Below are positions 48,157 to 55,850 of a stretch of 64,000 nt of DNA, piece by piece. The stretch is taken from NCBI GenBank assembly GCA_965203925.1, contig OZ241924.1:906559-970558 (forward strand), in the 5' to 3' direction. The notes under the pieces were generated by a model that saw nothing but the letters and a program-made list of their open reading frames with translations, searched no databases and was not told the origin of the DNA. Position 1 is the first letter of the stretch, and each line of letters starts with the position of its first letter. This DNA is from Bryobacterales bacterium (GTDB lineage Bacteria; Acidobacteriota; Terriglobia; Bryobacterales; UBA6623). The position numbers were made by a program, and so were the translations under genes.

Positions 48157-48519
48157 CAGACTGGACAGGTTCGTTGCCTAGAGGATTGGAGGGCATCGAC
48201 TGAGAGGCGGAAGGTGTCCTGTGCCTGAAGAAGCACATGAAGGCACGCATGAACTGGAATTGCCTCGAATGAATGCAACTGCGACCCTTCACGCTACTGT
48301 TTGCAACTGAGCTTGCTTGTTTTCGAGCGACTGGCCTAGCCGGACCAACACTGCGGCCGATTCCCCACGCCTGCCGCTTGGGCTGCTCGCGTCCCATCGG
48401 CAGTCCCTCACTCACTGTGCATACTCTCGCATCTTGGCTGTGCCCGAGTGGCCATTTGGCCTGATTCCCGCTGGATCGGACCGGTTTCCGGAGGGTTGCA
48501 GCCCCTCATGTGAGGGAGT

Positions 48520-49230
48520 ATGGATAGTCAAACAGGTTGGCATCTATACTTCATCCTGATGCCCGCACGCTCCCCCAAGATGCTCATCGATGCCCTGGCC
48601 GGCCCGGCCCCGCTCACCTTCCCGCAGCTCCAGGCCGCCCTCGACGGGGCCTCCCCCGCCACCACCTCCCGCTACCTGCGCGGCGTTCCCTACCTGCGCA
48701 GCTACAACCACAACGGCCGCTTCTACACCCACGCCGATCCCCGGCGCTTCGACCACTTCGGCCTGTTCCGCCTCGACTCCGCCTGCTTCTCCCGCGACGG
48801 CAGCCTGACCGCCACGGTCACCCGCCTTGTCCAAGAGGCCGAGGCCGGCTGGACCCACAAGGAACTCCGCTCCCTGCTGCACGTGCCCTCCCACGCCTGC
48901 CTGCTGTCCGCCGTGCAGAACAAGCGCATCCTCCGCGAGCGCAGCGATGGCGTCTACCTCTACCTGTCCGCCGATCCGCAAGTTGCCGAGCGGCAGCGCC
49001 ACGCCCGCCGCAGCCGCGAGGCCCGCGCCGGCCTCGCCGCCGACCTGGACCCCTCGCTGGTGATCGAGGTCCTAGTGGCCCTGATCCGCAACCCGAACTC
49101 GTCGCCGGCTCAGCTGGCACGCCGCTTGCGGGGCCACTCCCCGCCCATCCGCCTGCATCACATCACGGCCGTCCTGCAGCGCTTCGACCTCGAACAGGTC
49201 GCCGAAAAAGGGGGGCCTGCAGCCTGCTGA
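48520..49230 (+). CDS. IS ORF1, putative DNA-binding subunit/N-terminal part of the transposase
   Basis: 236 aa with normal-looking composition (LTFPQLQAALDGASPATTSRYLRGVPYLRSYNHNGRFYTH..., PAQLARRLRGHSPPIRLHHITAVLQRF suggests HTH-like segments). ATG 48559 or 48580 are alternative starts. Ends just after the A5G6 tract. Confidence 0.6.
   Translation: MDSQTGWHLYFILMPARSPKMLIDALAGPAPLTFPQLQAALDGASPATTSRYLRGVPYLRSYNHNGRFYTHADPRRFDHFGLFRLDSACFSRDGSLTATVTRLVQEAEAGWTHKELRSLLHVPSHACLLSAVQNKRILRERSDGVYLYLSADPQVAERQRHARRSREARAGLAADLDPSLVIEVLVALIRNPNSSPAQLARRLRGHSPPIRLHHITAVLQRFDLEQVAEKGGPAAC
49204..49215 (+). promoter_or_regulatory. GAAAAAGGGGGG tract at the ORF1/ORF2 frame junction; candidate -1 recoding/slippage site, or the site of a frameshift mutation
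   Basis: Read directly. Frame 0 is GCC GAA AAA GGG GGG CCT ... TGA (49228-49230). Frame -1 is CGC CGA AAA AGG GGG GCC and stays open to 51047. Confidence 0.4.
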
Positions 49231-51047
49231 TCCTGCTGGAGTCCCGCCCCCCGACACCCGCCTGGCCCAAGCAGCGCATCCGCCGCGCCCTGCAGGCACG
49301 CCAAGGCCTGCCGGTGATTGACTTCTTCCCCTCCGTCCGCCACTGCCCCGGCTGCAGCGGCGAACTGCGCGTCCAGAAGACCAAGACGCGCTCGCTCGCC
49401 ACGCTCGCCACCGGCACGCTGCTAGCCCGGGAAGTCCGGCTGCAGTGCCCGCGCTGCCCCGCTCCGCCACTCCTCTCCCAGCAGCTCGCCGAGCTGGCCC
49501 CGCCCGGCCAGCGCTTCGGCTACGACCTGATCGTCTGGGTCGGGCTGCAGCGCTACCACCACATGCGCCAGCGCCGGGAAATCGCCGCCGACCTCGCGGC
49601 CCGCGGCATCGCCGTCTCCACAGGCTCCCTGTCCGCCATCTGCGACCGCTTCCTGCTTCTGCTGCAGGCCCTGCACCGGCACCGCGCTCCCGCCCTGCGC
49701 GCCGCCATGCCGCATGGCTATCCCCTGCACCTCGACGCCACCTGCGACAAGGGCAGGGGCGGACTGTTCCTGTGCCTGGACGGATGGCGCCGCTGGGTGC
49801 TGCACGCCGTCCGCATCCGTTCCGAGAATGCCGCCGAAATGCGCCCCGCCATCGAAACGACCCTAGCCGTGTTCGGCCAGCCGGTCGCCTGCATGCGCGA
49901 CCTCGGCAGCGCCATCGCCAAGGCTGTCGCCAGCTGCCTGCAGCCCGGCAGCGCCGAGCTCGTGTGCCACTTCCATTTCCTTGCCGCCGTCGGTCGCAAG
50001 CTGCTCGATGCGGACCACTCCGCCCTTAACCGTGCCTTGACCCAGCTGCGCATCCGCTCCGGACTGCGCAGCCTGCTGCGACCGCTGCGGGCCCAGGCCC
50101 GCCAGCCCGCCGCAGACGCTCGCCAGGTGGATCTCCCGGCCCTGCTGCTGTGGACCCTGCAGGGGGACGGCCGCAAGCAACCGCCCTATCCCTTCTCCCT
50201 GTCCCACTGGGAGCTCTACCAGCGCTGCCGCCAGTTCGACGAGTTGGCCCGCAGGCGCCTGCCCCGTCCCCGCTCACAGCTTGAGCAGGGCACGCTCGAG
50301 CAGGTCCGGGACCTGCTCGAGCCACTGTCCTGGGACAACCTTGGCCTGCCCGCCATTGCCGCCCGCATCCAGACCCGCCAAGCGCTGTTCGGCGAACTGC
50401 GCAGCATCCTGCGCCTGCGCCACGACGAATTGCGCGGACGCAAGCCCGGCCCGCCGCCCTCCCCATCCGAAAGCGTCGCGCTGCTGGAATCGGTCGCCAG
50501 CCGGGTCACCCGATTCCGCGGGCAGCTCCGCCAGCGCATGCAGCAAGCCGACAAGGCGGGCACCTCGGCGGAATCCGTCGTGCTCCGCTATCTGGACCGC
50601 TATCGCGACCAGCTCTTCGGGCATCCCGTCGCACACGACGAGAGCGGACGCCCCGTGGCGGTTGTCGAGCGCACCAACAATCCTGCCGAGCACTTCTTCG
50701 CCGGCGGCAAGCGCCGCCTGCGTCGGCGCCTGGGGCATGCCAACCTCGGTCGGGCCATGCAGGACCAGCCCGCGCAAGCCGCCCTCACGGCGAACCTGCT
50801 CGACCCGCAGTACGTCCAGATACTCTGCGGGACCCTCGAGGACCTGCCCCGCGCCTTCGCCGAACTCGCCACATCAGACGTTGATTGGAGCGCAGCCGCC
50901 CTGGATCGCCCCCGGCCTGACTCTCAGCTGCAACGCCGGATCCGAGCTTGGGAAACGGACGCCAAGAGTCCTCCCTCCGTGCCCCCGGCTTCTGCTCTCG
51001 AGACTGCTCAGAAGTCCTCAACGCCCGTCAGCCCAACTGAAAACTGA
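49215..51047 (+). CDS. IS ORF2, putative DDE-type transposase catalytic part (no own ATG near its 5' end; -1 frame relative to ORF1)
   Basis: Zn-ribbon CPGCSGELRV...(x)...CPRC, then candidate acidic triad LHLDATCDKG / VACMRDLGS / ERTNNPAEHFFAGGKRRLRRR (E with K at +7), as in many DDE transposases. The first roughly 225 codons of the 836-aa track ORF are Pro/Arg-rich shadow of ORF1. Confidence 0.6.
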   Translation, partial: ACSLLILLESRPPTPAWPKQRIRRALQARQGLPVIDFFPSVRHCPGCSGELRVQKTKTRSLATLATGTLLAREVRLQCPRCPAPPLLSQQLAELAPPGQRFGYDLIVWVGLQRYHHMRQRREIAADLAARGIAVSTGSLSAICDRFLLLLQALHRHRAPALRAAMPHGYPLHLDATCDKGRGGLFLCLDGWRRWVLHAVRIRSENAAEMRPAIETTLAVFGQPVACMRDLGSAIAKAVASCLQPGSAELVCHFHFLAAVGRKLLDADHSALNRALTQLRIRSGLRSLLRPLRAQARQPAADARQVDLPALLLWTLQGDGRKQPPYPFSLSHWELYQRCRQFDELARRRLPRPRSQLEQGTLEQVRDLLEPLSWDNLGLPAIAARIQTRQALFGELRSILRLRHDELRGRKPGPPPSPSESVALLESVASRVTRFRGQLRQRMQQADKAGTSAESVVLRYLDRYRDQLFGHPVAHDESGRPVAVVERTNNPAEHFFAGGKRRLRRRLGHANLGRAMQDQPAQAALTANLLDPQYVQILCGTLEDLPRAFAELATSDVDWSAAALDRPRPDSQLQRRIRAWETDAKSPPSVPPASALETAQKSSTPVSPTEN

Positions 51048-51056
51048 CGCGGTAGA
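51025..51056. repeat. right terminal inverted repeat of the IS
   Basis: See the left IR entry. The ORF2 TGA stop (51045-51047) is embedded in this repeat. Confidence 0.8.
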
Positions 51057-51062
51057 GTGTAG
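51057..51062. repeat. target-site duplication, right copy
   Basis: GTGTAG immediately follows the right IR, then TC (51063-51064), as on the left side. Confidence 0.7.
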
Positions 51063-51178
51063 TCGCTATGGCTCAGAAGAAGTCGAGGGAACTACTGGTG
51101 GCCTGGCTTCGGCCTGATCGAGTGTAGCCCGCGCTTCAGATTGCCAACGATGCGGCCTCCGTTCACATGATGTCGTAC

Positions 51179-51400
51179 TTACCTCAGCAGCGCCAACCGG
51201 TCACGACGACTCTCGGCTTCGTAGTCGTCCAAGGCCACAAGTGCCGCGCTCCGGAACAGAGACTCGAGAGGGCGGGGCGGCGGTGTCGCCCGGAATCCCG
51301 GGCCCCATCGAACCTCACCCCTTCGTCGAATGTCAAGTAGTGTGGATATGGGGATATGGGCCTCACGGACTGTTTGGAACTGCTCGGCGAGGCGTGACAC
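51179..51400 (-). CDS. possible small HTH_17/excisionase-like DNA-binding protein
   Basis: 73 aa. IPISTLLDIRRRGEVRWGPGFR loosely fits the (S/T)TL..WRRRG.GP.F pattern of AlpA/excisionase-type HTH proteins. Weak call from motif only. Confidence 0.3.
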   Translation of the reverse strand: MSRLAEQFQTVREAHIPISTLLDIRRRGEVRWGPGFRATPPPRPLESLFRSAALVALDDYEAESRRDRLALLR

Positions 51401-51949
51401 ATTGAGACCAGCGCGTAGGAGTACTTCGGCGCAAGGTCGGCGGGTGGGCTACGCCGGCTTTTCGGCGCGATCTGGACGTAGGGTCGCTGTCACGGAGTAC
51501 CCCAACATCACGGGCCGGTTCGCAGGAGCACGTCATTGCAGTCCTTGCCGTCCGGCGGTAGGAGTCGCTAGATGTGGGCATTGCAGCGTCTTTGCCGACC
51601 ACTGACCGGGGTCGTCGGAGTGGTAGCCGCAGAATACTGTGGTCGTCGCAACCCCTTGAGCCAAGCTTGGATGGAGGGTGCGACGCCGACCGTGGGATGG
51701 GTCGAGTCACATACCCAAACTCAGTAGGGCCCACAGTTGTTAGCATGGACCTTGATGAGCCCGTCGATGACATCGTGGTACCCCGATGTGGCTTCGAACG
51801 AGCATGGCACGAAGTGAGAATCAGATGTCGCTCCGACCGCTTCTTTATACGTTCTCTCGGCCAAGCAAGTCCAAGATTCTGCGCAAGCCGGAGTTCGTCA
51901 AGAGGACCTATAACGTGAACCCGCTGGCGGACTGCCGACCTGGAATGAC

Positions 51950-52130
51950 CGATGTCCTCCCAATGGCTCCTGTGGTCACGGGACTCGATCTGTCCCCGCT
52001 GTCCTCGCATGAGCCAGTGCCAGTGCCGCAGTACCGCGAAAACCGGCTCCGTAGAGACTTCGAGCGCGTCGGTAACTACATGCGAAAGGCGATCAGTAGG
52101 TATGGCGGGAGATAGCAACGGCGATGACAA
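51950..52130 (-). pseudogene. possible C-terminal remnant of a tyrosine recombinase
   Basis: AVLRHWHWLMRGQRGQIESRDHRSHWEDIGHSRSAVRQRVHV aligns by eye with the integrase box II consensus H.LRH........D.R..QE.LGH......Y.H. The LRH and GHS spacings are right, but Val sits where the catalytic Tyr should be, and nothing integrase-like lies upstream. Confidence 0.25.
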
Positions 52131-52299
52131 GGAACTGTCTCCTACAACACCGCGGGAGCTGAAGTCAGACTAGCCCGACGAGAAACAGGACCAAGAATCG
52201 AGGGTAGTCGCCACTCGCTACCAAGGTCCAATCGCTCCACCCGAAAGGCTTGCCGCGTTGGACCGGGTCCAGCCGGGTCTCGCCGATCGCGTCATCACC

Positions 52300-53283
52300 A
52301 TGTCTCCGACCGGATATATGATGGGCGCTGTGCCCGCCATCACTCGCCTCTTCGCCAGCGCGCTGCTGTCCGCAGCGGCCACTGTGGCCGCCGGGAACGA
52401 GGCCTTGAATGGCCGGTGGATGATCGAACCCCTCGGCGAGAATGCCGGCCGAGTGCTGTGGCTGGAGGTGAGCGGGGCGGGACAGGGCGCGATAACGGGC
52501 TTCATGGTCGGCGGCGGCCCCGGCGGGCAGCTGGATGAGATCCACGACGCGCTCATCGAGGGCGGCCAACTGCGATTCCACCTCGAACGTCGCTTCCGTC
52601 GGGATCCGCAGCGGGTCGTGCGCACTCCCGTGACCGCCGCCCTGCGGGGCGACGTGTTGCACGGAGTGGCGCAGCGACAGCGAGGCGCTCTTCTCTGGGT
52701 TGGTCGCCGCGCACCTCTCATCCGAGATCGTGACGACGGGACATGGAAGCCGGTACAACCCGTCGTACTGTTCGGCGGCAAGAGCACCGAGGGATGGCAC
52801 ACACTCCGTCCCGGCCGGGAGGACGGGTGGTATGTCGAAGACGGCGCCCTGAAGAACCACGACGGCGCTGACGTGCTTGTGTCGGACCGGAAGTTCTGGA
52901 ACTTCCGTCTCGAGGCGGAGTACCGCGTGCATGCTGGCATGAACGGGGGCATCGGGCTGCGAGGGCGCTACGAGATCCAGATCTTGGACGACCACGGACA
53001 GCCCGCCAGCGACCACGGGAACGGCGCCCTGTATGGCCGCATCGCCCCTTCCACGAACGCCAGCCGGCCCCCCGGCGAGTGGCAGACGCTGGACGTGCGC
53101 CTTGTGGGACGGGAACTCTCGGTCTCGCTCAACGGCGTACCAACAATCGAACGCCAAGTCATCAAGGGCTTCACTGCGATGGCAACCGACTGGCGTGAGG
53201 GCCAGCCCGGCCCGGTCTCGCTGCAAGGCGACCACGGCGCCGTCGAGTTCCGCCGAATCGTCGTTACGCCGCTGGAAAAGTGA
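52300..53283 (+). CDS. DUF1080 (3-keto-disaccharide hydrolase-like, LamG fold) domain protein
   Basis: GWYVEDGALKN..., FWNFRLEAEYRV.AGMNGGIGLRGRYEIQILDD, NGALYG, PPGEWQTLDV.LVG and GPVSLQGDHGAVEFRRI are characteristic DUF1080 strands. Signal-like AITRLFASALLSAAATVAAG. Confidence 0.75.
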   Translation: MSPTGYMMGAVPAITRLFASALLSAAATVAAGNEALNGRWMIEPLGENAGRVLWLEVSGAGQGAITGFMVGGGPGGQLDEIHDALIEGGQLRFHLERRFRRDPQRVVRTPVTAALRGDVLHGVAQRQRGALLWVGRRAPLIRDRDDGTWKPVQPVVLFGGKSTEGWHTLRPGREDGWYVEDGALKNHDGADVLVSDRKFWNFRLEAEYRVHAGMNGGIGLRGRYEIQILDDHGQPASDHGNGALYGRIAPSTNASRPPGEWQTLDVRLVGRELSVSLNGVPTIERQVIKGFTAMATDWREGQPGPVSLQGDHGAVEFRRIVVTPLEK

Positions 53284-54779
53284 CGGCATCTCCGTCGCCG
53301 GCCAGAGTCGCGGCCCTCGTAGTCGCGGCCATCCTGCTCCTGCATCTGGTTCCGCTCGAACGCCGGGGCTTCGTCGGCCCTGACGAACCACGCTATGCGT
53401 CCATCGCAAGAGAGATGGCGGAGTCTGGAGACTGGGTCACTCCGCGACTCTGGGGCGAACCTTGGTTCGAGAAGCCCCCCATGCTGTTCTGGCTCGGAGG
53501 TCTGGGCCATCTCGCGGGCGCCGACAGTCTCACGCGCCTTCCGGTCGCCCTCCTGTGCTTGGCATTCCTGGCGTTCTTCCACTGGAGGGTCCGCCGCAGC
53601 TTTGGCGGGGAGACGGCCACCGTCGCGGCGTGCCTCTTGGCGACGGCGGCCGGCTGGGTCGCCTGTGCCGATGCAGGCATCGTTGACGCTCCGCTGACAG
53701 TGTTCGTCTCAGGCGCGCTGCTCTGCCTCCTTGACTGGTCGAGGGCCGACGGCGCAACTTCGCCTGGCGAGCGTGCCGCCTTTGGCGGATTGCTGGGCAT
53801 GGCGGCGCTCAGCAAGGGACTCGTGGGGCCAATGGTGGCGGCCCTCGCCGTCCTCCCTACACTTGTGGGCCAGCCGCGCAGGCTCCGAGAGCTGGCGGGG
53901 CCCTTGCCCCTGGGGGCGTTCTGCGCCACATGCCTGCCGTGGTACGCGGCCTGCTACTTCGAGAACGGGGACGGTTTCGTACGGGAATTCCTTGTGCGCC
54001 ACCACTTCGAGCGCTTTGTCAGCCCATCCCTGCAGCATGTGCAGCCGTGGTGGTTCTACGCTCCTGTGCTGGCGGTGTTCCTGCTGCCCTGGACGCCGCT
54101 GCTGGGCTCGCTGCGCTGGAAGTCGATCGCGGGGGGACCGCGGAGGCGCTTCTTGGCGGCCTGGGCGGTAGGCCCGCTGGTGTTCTTCTCCATATCAGTG
54201 AACAAGCTGCCCGCGTACGTGCTGCCAGTCTTGCCGCCGCTCGCGGTCCTGCTGGCTCTGCGCTGGAAGGAGCGGCCGACGCGGCCGCTGCTGGCCGCAT
54301 CGGCAGCCGTGCTCTTGCTCCTGCCGCTTGCAGCGGCACTGCTTCCCGACGCGCTCGCCGACGGTTTCTGGAGGGCGTGGGGCCGTCTCGACGTCGGCAC
54401 GGCGGCGAGCTCGGCCGCACTAGGGGCGATCTTCGCCGCAATTGCTGCGTGGTCCTCCGCGAGGCTGTCCGGCAGCACAGCCGTGCCGGTCACGGCCGCG
54501 GCCGTCGCGGTGGCGCTGGCGCTGCTGAAACTGCATACCTATCCGGTCATCAGTGCGCAGGCCGGAGCGAGGGAGTTTGTCAGGGCTGAGCGGGTGCGGC
54601 TGCTGGACGCGTGCATGGGCGACGTGCGCCGGCACAATTCCTACGGCATCCGGTTCTACACGCGAGACCGAGTCCCGGAGTGCCAGCTGCAACCGGCCGA
54701 ATTGCGCGTGCAGGGCGATCCGCCAAGAATCAGCCGCGTCCAAGTCCCAGAGGCGGTAGGTATCCCTCCGGAGCCCTGA
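53280..54779 (+). CDS. glycosyltransferase family 39 (ArnT/PMT-like) membrane protein
   Basis: DEPRYASIAREMAESGDWVTPRLWGEPWFEKPPMLFWL is the typical GT39 first loop. Many TM segments. GTGA overlap with the upstream gene. Confidence 0.8.
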   Translation: MTASPSPARVAALVVAAILLLHLVPLERRGFVGPDEPRYASIAREMAESGDWVTPRLWGEPWFEKPPMLFWLGGLGHLAGADSLTRLPVALLCLAFLAFFHWRVRRSFGGETATVAACLLATAAGWVACADAGIVDAPLTVFVSGALLCLLDWSRADGATSPGERAAFGGLLGMAALSKGLVGPMVAALAVLPTLVGQPRRLRELAGPLPLGAFCATCLPWYAACYFENGDGFVREFLVRHHFERFVSPSLQHVQPWWFYAPVLAVFLLPWTPLLGSLRWKSIAGGPRRRFLAAWAVGPLVFFSISVNKLPAYVLPVLPPLAVLLALRWKERPTRPLLAASAAVLLLLPLAAALLPDALADGFWRAWGRLDVGTAASSAALGAIFAAIAAWSSARLSGSTAVPVTAAAVAVALALLKLHTYPVISAQAGAREFVRAERVRLLDACMGDVRRHNSYGIRFYTRDRVPECQLQPAELRVQGDPPRISRVQVPEAVGIPPEP

Positions 54780-54791
54780 CAGAAGCCCGGC

Positions 54792-55850
54792 CTACGCGAG
54801 GTCGGCCATCACCTCGTCCAGCGCGCTCTTGGGGGGACGCAACCGATCCTGACCGATCTCTGCCAGTGGAGTGTCGTCCAGGTTCAGCATCTCGGTGAAG
54901 CTCGGCTCCTGGGTGTTGACGTAGAGCACTCCCGTGAGCACCTGGCCCTCCTTGTTGGCCAAGTGGATGCGGTCCAGCGCCCCGATGCGGCTCGTGGGAT
55001 CGTAGTCCGCCTCAAGCTTCTTGAGCCGCAGCGTGGAGCCGTCGTGCAGCTCCACCTCGTACTCGCCCCCCGGGGCCACCTCGCGCTGGAGGTGGATCTC
55101 GTCGAAGTGCGGGACGAACCCGATCGACTGCAGCGGGACGTTGTGCTCCCGGACGTACTTGTAGCTCTTAGTCGAGCCAGCGTGGTCGTTGAAAGTCACG
55201 CAGGGCGAAATCACGTCGACGACCGCTGTGCCCCGGTGTGCTAGCGCCGCCTTTATGATCGCCTGCAACTGCTTCTTGTCCCCGGAGAAGGAGCGAGCCA
55301 CGTAGGTGGCCCCTAGCTGCACCGCCAGACCGCAGGTGTCGATCGGCGGCAGCTCGTTGGCAATCCCGGATTTGGCCATCGAGCCCAGAGTGGCGGTGGC
55401 CGAGAACTGGCCCTTGGTGAGGCCATAGCAGCCGTTGTCCTCAATGATGTAGACGATCGGGATGTTGCGCCGCATCATGTGCACGAACTGGCCCAGCCCG
55501 ATGGAGGCGGTGTCGCCGTCCCCCGAAACGCCGAGAGCCAGCAGCCCCTTGTTGGCCAGCATGGCGCCGGTGGCCACCGCCGGCATCCTCCCGTGTACGC
55601 TGTTGAACCCGTGAGACATGCCCAGAAAGTAGGCCGGCGACTTGGAGGAGCAGCCGATTCCCGAGAGCTTGATGACCTGCGTTGGGTCGATGCCCATCTC
55701 GAAGAAGCACTCGATGATGCGCTCGGAGATGGAATTGTGGCCGCACCCGGCGCAGAGCGTCGTCTTAAGCCCGCGATAGGGGTCGACCGTGAGGCCAATG
55801 CGGTTCGGTGCCGGTTTCTTGCGGGCGCGCCTAACGGTTCTAGTCCTCAC
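54792..55850 (-). CDS. korB: 2-oxoacid:ferredoxin oxidoreductase beta subunit (TPP-binding)
   Basis: CAGCGHNSI..., GIGCSSK, GDGDTASIGLGQFVH (TPP GDG motif). GTGA overlap with the alpha subunit. Confidence 0.85.
   Translation of the reverse strand: MRTRTVRRARKKPAPNRIGLTVDPYRGLKTTLCAGCGHNSISERIIECFFEMGIDPTQVIKLSGIGCSSKSPAYFLGMSHGFNSVHGRMPAVATGAMLANKGLLALGVSGDGDTASIGLGQFVHMMRRNIPIVYIIEDNGCYGLTKGQFSATATLGSMAKSGIANELPPIDTCGLAVQLGATYVARSFSGDKKQLQAIIKAALAHRGTAVVDVISPCVTFNDHAGSTKSYKYVREHNVPLQSIGFVPHFDEIHLQREVAPGGEYEVELHDGSTLRLKKLEADYDPTSRIGALDRIHLANKEGQVLTGVLYVNTQEPSFTEMLNLDDTPLAEIGQDRLRPPKSALDEVMADLA

Larger units (their letters stand above)
48125..51056 (+). mobile_element. insertion sequence (about 2.93 kb), family not recognised, two ORFs in 0/-1 frames
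   Basis: Perfect 13-bp terminal inverted repeats TCTACCGCGTCAG (48125-48137) and CTGACGCGGTAGA (51044-51056), extending imperfectly to 25/32 matches. Flanked by direct repeats GTGTAG (up to 9 bp, depending on where the ends are drawn). The ORF2 stop lies inside the right IR. Confidence 0.8.

Noticed and set aside
48125-48415. 96-aa minus-strand ORF inside the IS leader
   Set aside because: No motif and poor composition. It occupies the region expected to hold the IS promoter and leader. It is not supported as a gene.
48537-49214. N-terminal 225 codons or so of the 836-aa track ORF (48537..51047)
   Set aside because: Extremely Pro/Arg/Ala-rich with no structure-like pattern. It lies entirely over the better-looking ORF1 frame (48520..49230). 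I treat it as an out-of-frame shadow, and only the part downstream of the A5G6 tract looks like real protein.
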